Source of the DNA: Nitrospirales bacterium
GTDB taxonomy: Bacteria; Nitrospirota; Nitrospiria; Nitrospirales; UBA8639
Direction of reading: 5' to 3'
DNA length: 64,000 nt
Assembly: GCA_963422365.1 (NCBI GenBank)
Contig: OY729426.1
Coordinates: 1,152,001-1,216,000 of the forward strand
In this document: one piece after another, positions 56,389 to 64,000 of the stretch
Layout: each line of letters starts with the position of its first letter
Position numbering within the stretch: the first letter of the stretch is position 1
Notes under the pieces: generated by a model
Databases searched by the model: none
What the model was told of the DNA's origin: nothing
The model's input: only the letters and a program-made list of their open reading frames with translations
Position numbers and translations under genes: made by a program

Positions 56389-57465
56389 ATGTTGTATCTG
56401 TGGCTCTACCCGCTACACACGGACATCGCGATCTTCAATGTGTTTCGGTATTTGAGCTTTCGCATCATTTACGCGGCCCTGACTGCTTTTGTCATCGCGT
56501 TTGTCCTGGCTCCACCCATGATTAAAAAATTGCAAGATCTCCGATTGGGACAACGGATCCGAGAAGAGGGGCCGCGCCACCATCTGGCTAAAAAAGGAAC
56601 CCCTACCATGGGGGGTATTCTCATTATTTTTGCCGTGTTGCTGTCAACGCTGTTGTGGGCGGATGTGAGCAATCTCTACGTTTGGCTCGTCATATTGTCC
56701 ATCGTGGGGTTTGGGCTTGTCGGGTTTATCGATGACTACATGAAAATTTTTCGGGGACGCTCGGAGGGGTTGACCGTTATCCAAAAGCTCGTGGCGCAAA
56801 CAGGCATTGCCTTAGGAATCGGTCTGTTTTTTTATGCCTCTCCCGGGTATTCGACAGAACTCAACGTTCCGTTTTTCAAAGCGCTTATGCCCGACTTAGG
56901 GATGCTCTATATTCCGTTCGCCGTCTTGGTGATTGTGGGCTGCTCCAATGCCGTGAATTTGACGGACGGGTTGGATGGGTTGGCGATTGGCCCGGTCATG
57001 GTGGCGTCGATGGTGTATGCCGTGGTGGCCTATGCCGCCGGGAATACCGTGGTGTCGGACTATTTGTTGATTCCGTACATCGAAGGGGCCGGGGAATTAG
57101 CCGTCCTGATGGCGGCCGTCTTTGGATCCAGCCTCGGGTTCCTTTGGTTCAATACGTACCCTGCGTCGGTGTTCATGGGGGATGTCGGTTCCTTACCCCT
57201 TGGCGCGGCCTTGGGAACGGTCGCCGTGGTCAGTAAGCATGAGTTATTGCTGGTCTTGGTTGGCGGTGTGTTTGTCATGGAGGCGGGGTCTGTCCTCTTT
57301 CAGGTGCTGTTGTTTAAGACGCGAAGGAAACGAATTTTTTTGATGGCGCCCATTCATCATCATTTTGAGATGAAAGGATGGGAGGAACCCAAAGTCGTGG
57401 TTCGATTATGGATTATGGCTATTCTCCTCAGTCTCTTAAGCCTCAGCACCTTAAAGCTTCGTTAG
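56389..57465 (+). CDS. mraY: Phospho-N-acetylmuramoyl-pentapeptide transferase
   Basis: KGTPTMGG, DDYMK, NAVNLTDGLDG, FMGDVGS, APIHHHFE. Confidence 0.97.
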   Translation: MLYLWLYPLHTDIAIFNVFRYLSFRIIYAALTAFVIAFVLAPPMIKKLQDLRLGQRIREEGPRHHLAKKGTPTMGGILIIFAVLLSTLLWADVSNLYVWLVILSIVGFGLVGFIDDYMKIFRGRSEGLTVIQKLVAQTGIALGIGLFFYASPGYSTELNVPFFKALMPDLGMLYIPFAVLVIVGCSNAVNLTDGLDGLAIGPVMVASMVYAVVAYAAGNTVVSDYLLIPYIEGAGELAVLMAAVFGSSLGFLWFNTYPASVFMGDVGSLPLGAALGTVAVVSKHELLLVLVGGVFVMEAGSVLFQVLLFKTRRKRIFLMAPIHHHFEMKGWEEPKVVVRLWIMAILLSLLSLSTLKLR

Positions 57466-57469
57466 TCCT

Positions 57470-58927
57470 ATGCTTCTGATGTTGGAGGAAATGTCTCAAC
57501 GGATGCATCGCACGTCAAGGGATCCACGCACCTGGATACAAAATCTTCCAGGGCACTCCGTGGCTGTGGTCGGGGCCGGCAACAGCGGCGTGGCCGCGGT
57601 GCAGTTGCTGGTCGCGCTCGGAGCTGAGGTGGCGTTGGTCGATCATAAGCCTGAAACGGAATGGGCAACGAGGGTTTCAGATTTGCAAACGGCGCGCGTG
57701 CGCCTGTTTGGCGGAGAACGATTTGAGAAGGGCCTGGAAGCCGTTGATCTGGTGATTGTGAGTCCTGGAGTACCTTTGGTCCTGAAGGCGTTCGACGCCG
57801 TGCGTCAGCGAGGCGTTCCCATTGTCGGAGAAGTCGAATTGGCCTCATGGCTATTTTCCATCCCTGTCATTGGCGTCACCGGAACGAATGGAAAAAGCAC
57901 CGTCGTGTCACTGATTGGAAAACTCTTGCAGGAATGCGGGTCCACGCCTTTTGTCGGCGGAAACCTGGGGCCACCATTAACGAAAGCTGCCTTAGCCATC
58001 CGCCAACACGCCTGTTTGGGCCTGAAGGATCCTGCTCCCTTTCATGAGATTGTCGCAGAGTTGTCGAGTTTTCAATTAGAAACGATTGCGTGGTTTCATC
58101 CGCACGTCGCGGTGATGCTCAATATCACCCCAGATCACCTGGATCGCCATCCAAGTTTTGCTGAATACGCAAGGGCCAAGGCCAAGATTTTTCAAAATCA
58201 GACCGCAGAGGACTTTGCCGTTCTGAATGCCGATGAGTCGCAACTCTGGAACGTTCGAGATTCGCGGCGAGGGCAGCTCATCGAATTTAGCATGATGAAG
58301 GAAGTGCCCAATGGAGTGTGGATGGCTGGTGAAACGATTGTGAGTCGATGGAAGGGGCAGCAAGAAGACCTGATGCCGGTGAACGAAATTCCTCTTGTGG
58401 GGGATCACAATGTGTCCAATGTCCTCGCCGCCCTTGCCGTTGGCTTGGTCAGTGGCTGTTCTCGGGACGGCATGAGACGGGCCGTCCGATCGTTTCGGGG
58501 GTTAGCCCACGTCTGTGAAGTCGTGCGTGAGCGACGAGGCGTGACGTTTATCAATGATTCCAAGGGGACGAATGTCGATGCCACGCTGAAAGCCATCAAC
58601 AGTCTTCGGCAGCCTTTTGTCATTATTCTGGGTGGAAAAGATAAGGGAAGGAGCGATTTTCGTCGCTTGAAAGACCCGCTCAAGCCGGGGGTCAAACACT
58701 GTATCGTGTTGGGCGAGTCGGCAGAAACCATTGCTCAAGCCATTGAAGGCGTGGGGTCGATCAGCCGCACGTCCTCCTTGGCTGAGGGGGTGACTCTCTC
58801 TGCGGACATCGCAACACCGGGTGATGCCGTGTTGTTTTCCCCTGCCTGTGCCAGTTTTGACATGTTTCAGGATTCTCGCGATCGCGGTCAACAATTTTGT
58901 GATCTTGTGAATGCCTTAGTTGACTGA
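57470..58927 (+). CDS. murD: UDP-MurNAc-L-Ala--D-Glu ligase (start uncertain)
   Basis: SPGVP, GTNGKST, ELSSFQL, DHLDRH, NDSKGTN, SPACASFD. Confidence 0.97.
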   Translation: MLLMLEEMSQRMHRTSRDPRTWIQNLPGHSVAVVGAGNSGVAAVQLLVALGAEVALVDHKPETEWATRVSDLQTARVRLFGGERFEKGLEAVDLVIVSPGVPLVLKAFDAVRQRGVPIVGEVELASWLFSIPVIGVTGTNGKSTVVSLIGKLLQECGSTPFVGGNLGPPLTKAALAIRQHACLGLKDPAPFHEIVAELSSFQLETIAWFHPHVAVMLNITPDHLDRHPSFAEYARAKAKIFQNQTAEDFAVLNADESQLWNVRDSRRGQLIEFSMMKEVPNGVWMAGETIVSRWKGQQEDLMPVNEIPLVGDHNVSNVLAALAVGLVSGCSRDGMRRAVRSFRGLAHVCEVVRERRGVTFINDSKGTNVDATLKAINSLRQPFVIILGGKDKGRSDFRRLKDPLKPGVKHCIVLGESAETIAQAIEGVGSISRTSSLAEGVTLSADIATPGDAVLFSPACASFDMFQDSRDRGQQFCDLVNALVD

Positions 58928-58945
58928 CGCAGAAGGGAATCTACT

Positions 58946-60133
58946 ATGCGGCACGCTCGTGGTAACAAATTACAGCTCTCATTAGAATTGAGTACCGACG
59001 CCGACAGGCCCGCTTCTCGTCCCATGGATCGGACTGTCCTGATCGTGACGTACGTGTTGGCCATCATTGGGCTGATTATCATGTTTAGCGCAAGTGGCGT
59101 GATGGCGGAAACACGTTACGGAGATTCAACTTTTTTTCTGAAACGTCAAAGCCTGTGGCTTCTGCTGGGGCTCGGGGCCCTGCATTGGGTAGCCCAACGG
59201 GATTACAACATGTGGAAAACCCTCACACCGTATGTCTTGGTACTGGTCTTCGTGCTGTTGGTCGTCGTGCTGATCCCCCTGCTGGGCACTCAAGTGAATG
59301 GTGCGCGTCGGTGGCTTCGCCTTTCGTGGGTCTCCATTCAACCTGGAGAACTCGCCAAACTGTCCATCGTGTTGTACCTGTCTTCGTTTCTCGTCAGGAA
59401 AAAGCGGGACATCACCACCTTCAGTCGTGGAGTGCTGCCTCCTGTTACGGTCGTCGGGATGTTTGCGGGGTTGGCCTTGCTCGAACCCGATATGGGAACG
59501 GCCGTGGTGCTGACATTGCTTTTGTTCGGTCTGCTGTTTTTAGGCGGTGCCAGGCTTCCTCATCTTTTTGGCACAGGCGTGATCCTCCTCGCCGCGTGGT
59601 ACATGTTGATCATGCAGTCCGGTTATCGTCGTCGTCGGCTGTTGAATTTTTTAGACCCCTGGCAAGATCCGGCCGATGCCGGGTTTCAACTCACTCAATC
59701 GTTTGTCGCATTAGGGCATGGCGGGTTCTTCGGCGTGGGGTTGGGCGAAGGATGGCAAAAACGGCTTTTTCTCCCTGAAGTGCATACGGATTTTGTTCTG
59801 GCGCTGGTTGGGGAAGAGCTCGGGTTTGCCGGTACGGGGTCACTGATCGGATTATTTGCGGTCCTTATCGTCAAAGGGTTCCAAATTGCAGGACGGGCAC
59901 CTGATGCCCTTGGGTACCATTTGGCCTGTGGGGTGACCTTGTTGGTGGGGATCCAGGTGCTCATCAATATGAGCGTGGTGTCCGGTCTGCTGCCGACTAA
60001 AGGGTTAACGCTGCCTTTCGTGAGTTATGGGGGGTCTTCGTTAATCGTGAATCTGGTGGGCATTGGCATTCTGTTGAGCATTTCTCGGGCAGCCCCTAGA
60101 GGCCGGCCCGCTTCTTCGTTCGGGATGGCATGA
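58946..60133 (+). CDS. ftsW: Peptidoglycan polymerase FtsW
   Basis: GARRW, QPGELAK, EPDMGT, LPEVHTDF, LPFVSYGGSS. Confidence 0.97.
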   Translation: MRHARGNKLQLSLELSTDADRPASRPMDRTVLIVTYVLAIIGLIIMFSASGVMAETRYGDSTFFLKRQSLWLLLGLGALHWVAQRDYNMWKTLTPYVLVLVFVLLVVVLIPLLGTQVNGARRWLRLSWVSIQPGELAKLSIVLYLSSFLVRKKRDITTFSRGVLPPVTVVGMFAGLALLEPDMGTAVVLTLLLFGLLFLGGARLPHLFGTGVILLAAWYMLIMQSGYRRRRLLNFLDPWQDPADAGFQLTQSFVALGHGGFFGVGLGEGWQKRLFLPEVHTDFVLALVGEELGFAGTGSLIGLFAVLIVKGFQIAGRAPDALGYHLACGVTLLVGIQVLINMSVVSGLLPTKGLTLPFVSYGGSSLIVNLVGIGILLSISRAAPRGRPASSFGMA

Positions 60134-61230
60134 ACGTGGTGATCGCAGCAGGTGGCACGGGAGGACATTTTTATCCGGCGCTCGCATTAGCCGAAGAGTT
60201 TTGTCGTCAAGCGTCCGATACGTCTGTGACGTTGGTGGGGACGGGTCGCGCTCTCGAGCACACGATGATGGCTGACGCACAATGGCAGATGGAAACCCTG
60301 CGAGTGCAGGGGGTAGTGGGGCGAGGCATGCCGTCTTCGGTCAAGGCGCTTCTGTTAATCCCCGTGGCGGTTTGGCGATGCCTCCGCTTGTTGCGTGCCT
60401 CCAAAGCGGATCTCGTCGTGGGAACCGGTGGCTATACGAGTCCGCCAGTGGTCTTCGCGGCTTCGCTGTTGGGAATTCCACGAGCCCTCCTGGAACTGAA
60501 CGCGATCCCGGGAATGGCGAACCGCGTGTTAGGGCCCTTGGCCAATCGGATTTTTCTCTCGTTCGAACGTGCCGCGCCGTATTTTCATGCCGACAAGGTC
60601 GCTGTTGTGGGAACCCCGCTGCGAAGGGCCTTTGTTGCTCCGCCACCGTGCCTTGGATCAGGCCGGATCAACACCATGTTGGTCTGTGGCGGTAGTCAAG
60701 GAGCCCAAGTCATGAACTCCATTGTTCTCGAAGCGGTTCAGGCCTCTTCGCTCATTCGGAGCCAAGTCAACGTGATTCATCAGTCAGGGGTGAACGACTT
60801 CGATCGTGTTTCTCAAGCGTATCGCAACATGGCGGTGAAGGCGGAAGTGGTTCCTTTTATCAAGGATATGCCACAGACGCTTCGCCAAGCGGATTTTGTG
60901 ATTTGTCGATGTGGATCCTTGACATTGGCAGAAATCGCCGCCTGTGCCAAACCCTCGATCCTCATTCCTTTTCCTCAGGCGGCGCACCATCATCAAGAAT
61001 CCAATGCCCGAGTCGTGGAGCAAGCGGGGGCAGGGATTGTGTTGCTTCAGCCTGCTCTCACCGGAGCCAGGTTGGCTGAAGCAATTGAGGGGGTGATTCA
61101 CCACCCAGACCGTGTTCGACATATGGCAGAACAGAGTCTGCGTTTGCGAAACAGGGATTCGGCCGAGGCCATGGTGCACGAATGCTATCGGTTATTGAGG
61201 AAAAGTCCCTCTGAACGTTCACGGGCATGA
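60130..61230 (+). CDS. murG: Lipid II GlcNAc transferase
   Basis: GGTGGH, GGY, GGSQGA, HQESNA. Confidence 0.97.
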   Translation: MNVVIAAGGTGGHFYPALALAEEFCRQASDTSVTLVGTGRALEHTMMADAQWQMETLRVQGVVGRGMPSSVKALLLIPVAVWRCLRLLRASKADLVVGTGGYTSPPVVFAASLLGIPRALLELNAIPGMANRVLGPLANRIFLSFERAAPYFHADKVAVVGTPLRRAFVAPPPCLGSGRINTMLVCGGSQGAQVMNSIVLEAVQASSLIRSQVNVIHQSGVNDFDRVSQAYRNMAVKAEVVPFIKDMPQTLRQADFVICRCGSLTLAEIAACAKPSILIPFPQAAHHHQESNARVVEQAGAGIVLLQPALTGARLAEAIEGVIHHPDRVRHMAEQSLRLRNRDSAEAMVHECYRLLRKSPSERSRA

Positions 61231-61239
61231 TGACAAACG

Positions 61240-62619
61240 GTGTTTAGAAAGATTCAGCATATCCATCTCGTGGGGATTGGCGGGAGTGGGATGAGCGGGA
61301 TTGCCGAGGTCTTGTTAACGCTGGGCTATCATGTCACGGGATCTGATGTTGCCCCGTCGGACAATACGCGTCGGTTGGAAACCTTAGGGGGAATCATTTC
61401 CATTGGGCATGATGCCTCTCATGTGGAAGGTGCGCAGGTGGTGGTGATCTCCTCAGCCGTTCAGGCGTCAAATCCTGAAGTGGTGGAGGCGAAAAAGAAC
61501 GTCGTGCCGGTGATTCCTCGAGCCGAAATGCTGGCTGAACTCATGCGGCTCAAGTTCGGCGTGGCGATTGCCGGTGCTCATGGCAAAACCACGACGACTT
61601 CTATTGTCGCGTCGGTGTTGGCTCATGCCGGCCTCGATCCGACTTTCGTGGTTGGAGGGAAGGTGAATGCCATGGGCACCCATGCCAGATTGGGGCGAAG
61701 TGATTTGCTCATTGCCGAGGCTGATGAAAGTGACGGGTCGTTCCTTCGACTGTCCCCTGCGATTGCGGTGGTGACGAATATCGATCGAGAGCATATCGAC
61801 CACTATCAATCCATGGATCGGCTGAAAGCGGCCTTTGTGGAATTCGTCAATAAAATTCCTTTTTATGGGGTGGCCATTCTGTGCGCGGATGACGTGCATC
61901 TTCGAGCGATGCTGCCTCAGATCCAGAAGCGATATGTGACCTATGGCCGTGAAGGGTCCTCCGACGCCTCTCTCCCTGACTTGCGTGCGACGGATATCGT
62001 CATCAAGGGACGGACCACGAATTTTCGCGTTCAATTTCGCGGACAGAAATTAGGCCCCTTTCGACTCAAGATTCCTGGCGTCCACAACGTGTCCAATGCG
62101 TTGGCCGCAATCGGGGTTGGCTTGGAACTCGATGTCTCGCTGGATTTGATTCGCACTGGCGTTGCCTCGTTTTCTGGCGTCGAACGACGATTTCATATCC
62201 GGGGAGAAAAAGGGGGTATGGTGGTCGTGGACGATTACGGCCATCACCCGACGGAAATCCGTTTGACCCTGGCGGCGGCCAGGGCCGTCTGGTCGGGGCG
62301 ATTGGTGGTGATCTTTCAGCCTCATCGGTATAGCCGCACACACGATCTTTTGGATGACTTTGCGAAAGCATTTAAGCAAGCGGATATCGTGTACGTGACG
62401 CCGATTTATGCGGCGGGAGAAGATGCGATTGAAGGCGTGTCCGGTGAAATCCTGGCTGAACGCATTCGGGCGACGGGACATCCGGCGGTCCATTGGGTGG
62501 AGAAAAAAGACGCGTTGATCAGTCGACTGATCGCGGAACTTCTATCAGAGGATACGGTGTTCACTCTGGGTGCCGGAGACATTTGGAAGGTGGGCGTCGA
62601 ACTGTTGGAGTCCTTGTGA
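61240..62619 (+). CDS. murC: UDP-MurNAc--L-Ala ligase
   Basis: GIGGSGMSGIA, HGKTTT, EADESD, DDYGHHP, FQPHRYSR. Confidence 0.97.
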   Translation: MFRKIQHIHLVGIGGSGMSGIAEVLLTLGYHVTGSDVAPSDNTRRLETLGGIISIGHDASHVEGAQVVVISSAVQASNPEVVEAKKNVVPVIPRAEMLAELMRLKFGVAIAGAHGKTTTTSIVASVLAHAGLDPTFVVGGKVNAMGTHARLGRSDLLIAEADESDGSFLRLSPAIAVVTNIDREHIDHYQSMDRLKAAFVEFVNKIPFYGVAILCADDVHLRAMLPQIQKRYVTYGREGSSDASLPDLRATDIVIKGRTTNFRVQFRGQKLGPFRLKIPGVHNVSNALAAIGVGLELDVSLDLIRTGVASFSGVERRFHIRGEKGGMVVVDDYGHHPTEIRLTLAAARAVWSGRLVVIFQPHRYSRTHDLLDDFAKAFKQADIVYVTPIYAAGEDAIEGVSGEILAERIRATGHPAVHWVEKKDALISRLIAELLSEDTVFTLGAGDIWKVGVELLESL

Positions 62620-63563
62620 GCCTGTGGAGCAGACTGCCAGGGGCGGGAGACGTGCTGACCGTGTCGAACCATCATGATTTGAAAACGGCTCTCTTGGGGA
62701 TCCGGGGAGAGGTCGTGTTTGATGCGCCGTTGGCAGAATTGACCTCGCTTCGCATTGGGGGCCCCGCCGATGTGGTGGTCAATCCGGAAGACGTCCATGA
62801 TCTGTGTCAGATCGTTCGTCAATCGTATGTGGCTCAGGTGCCTATCATGGCGTTGGGGGGGACGAACCTGTTGGTGCAAGACGGTGGCATTCGAGGCGTG
62901 GTCTTGAGTTTATCCAAATTGGCAGCCATTGAAAAAGAAGACGACCAACTCGTGTTCGCCGAAGCCGGCGTGCGGATGCCGACCCTGCTGGGGTTTGCCG
63001 TGCATCATGCCTTGTCAGGGATCGAATGGGCAGCCGGCATCCCTGGGACCGTCGGCGGCGCGGTTGTGATGAACGCCGGGACCAAGCTGGGAGAAATGAA
63101 ACACTGTGTCGACGCCATTCAAATGGTGAATCCCGAGGGCCGATTAATCACCTATCCTGCGGAGGACCTCTCTTTTGCCTATCGTTCCGTCAGCCTGCCT
63201 AAAGGCATTGTGGTGGGGGTATGGCTTCGTTTTATCTCAGCCTCCAGAGACAACATCAAGTCCCGCACCAAGTCCTATTTGCAGTATCGAAAACAATCGC
63301 AACCCCTCTCTCAACCCAATGCCGGATCGGTGTTTAAAAATCCCCAGGGGACAACGGCGGGACGACTCATTGAAGAAGTCGGCCTGAAAGGTTGCCGAGT
63401 GGGTGACGCGCAAGTGTCGACGAAACATGCCAATTTTATCGTCAATCTCGGACATGCACGCTCCACGGATGTGCTGCGGCTCATAGAGACGATCCAACAA
63501 GAAGTCTTGCGCCGAACGGGCATCAGGTTGGAGTTGGAATGGAAAGTGGTGGGAGAGGACTAA
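62616..63563 (+). CDS. murB: UDP-N-acetylenolpyruvoylglucosamine reductase (start uncertain)
   Basis: RIGGPAD, GIPGTVGGAVVMNAG, AGSVFKNP, KHANFIVN, LELE. Confidence 0.95.
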   Translation: MSLWSRLPGAGDVLTVSNHHDLKTALLGIRGEVVFDAPLAELTSLRIGGPADVVVNPEDVHDLCQIVRQSYVAQVPIMALGGTNLLVQDGGIRGVVLSLSKLAAIEKEDDQLVFAEAGVRMPTLLGFAVHHALSGIEWAAGIPGTVGGAVVMNAGTKLGEMKHCVDAIQMVNPEGRLITYPAEDLSFAYRSVSLPKGIVVGVWLRFISASRDNIKSRTKSYLQYRKQSQPLSQPNAGSVFKNPQGTTAGRLIEEVGLKGCRVGDAQVSTKHANFIVNLGHARSTDVLRLIETIQQEVLRRTGIRLELEWKVVGED

Positions 63564-63599
63564 CCGGTATCCGAAGCATGCAGATACCCTGAAGGGCCT

Positions 63600-64000
63600 A
63601 TGCCATTAACTTCAGCTCACATCGGAGTACTCATGGGAGGGCGGTCGGCGGAACGTGAGATTTCCTTAAAGACCGGACAGGCGGTGTATGCCGCGTTGAT
63701 TCGAAAAGGGTATGGCGCGACACGCATTGATGTCGACGCCTCATTGCCGTTCAAGCTACGGGCGCGCAACGTTCAGCTAGCCTTCCTTGCCCTGCATGGT
63801 CGGGGCGGAGAGGATGGAACGGTGCAGGGCCTCTTGGAGGTCATGGGTCTTCCTTATACCGGCTCAGGAGTCCAAACGAGCGCAATGGGCATGAATAAAC
63901 CGGTGACCAAGGCGATCGTTCAGATGCATGGCGTTCCCATTGCCCCCGGTGTGGTTATGCAGCGGGCCGGCAAGAGGGCCATGCCGACGCAATTTTCATG
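63600..64000 (+). CDS. ddl: D-alanine--D-alanine ligase (partial, runs off the window)
   Basis: Manual translation GVLMGGRSAEREISL...ALHGRGGEDGTVQG...PYTGSG...MNK. Confidence 0.95.
   Translation, partial: MPLTSAHIGVLMGGRSAEREISLKTGQAVYAALIRKGYGATRIDVDASLPFKLRARNVQLAFLALHGRGGEDGTVQGLLEVMGLPYTGSGVQTSAMGMNKPVTKAIVQMHGVPIAPGVVMQRAGKRAMPTQFS

Noticed and set aside
1..64000. CRISPR array, cas genes, integrase, transposase, reverse transcriptase, rRNA
   Set aside because: No regularly spaced repeats or matching motifs were seen by eye or in the ORF track

Overview
Bacterial chromosomal window. Gene order and protein character suggest a Nitrospirota (Nitrospira-like) organism; this is inferred, not database-checked. 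1-20 kb holds housekeeping and metabolic genes: MidA-type methyltransferase, grxD-bolA, anmK, xth, pyruvoyl arginine decarboxylase, deoxyhypusine-synthase-like enzyme, tRNA-Glu, rpiA-glk, MEKHLA, aroK-aroE, FadL and uvrC. About 20.2-32.7 kb is an integrase-free, partly decaying defence island between uvrC and leuS. It contains an intact VapBC pair, remnants of several other TA pairs, an AbiEi/AbiEii pair whose toxin carries a C-terminal WYL domain and a Zn-finger, and a three-gene operon of PLD-nuclease/SF2-helicase, frameshifted N6-adenine methyltransferase with a low-GC specificity region, and SLOG/DprA protein. 32.8-50 kb holds leuS-lptE-holA, rpsT, a pyrF pseudogene, tRNA-His, slt, zapB-zapA, a long 6S-like RNA, rny-ymdB-xseAB-tlyA and asnS. 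50-64 kb is the dcw cluster (rsmH to ddl), which keeps MraZ boxes but has no mraZ gene. A dispersed GTAG-type REP-like repeat with covarying hairpins and many pseudogenes are also visible.
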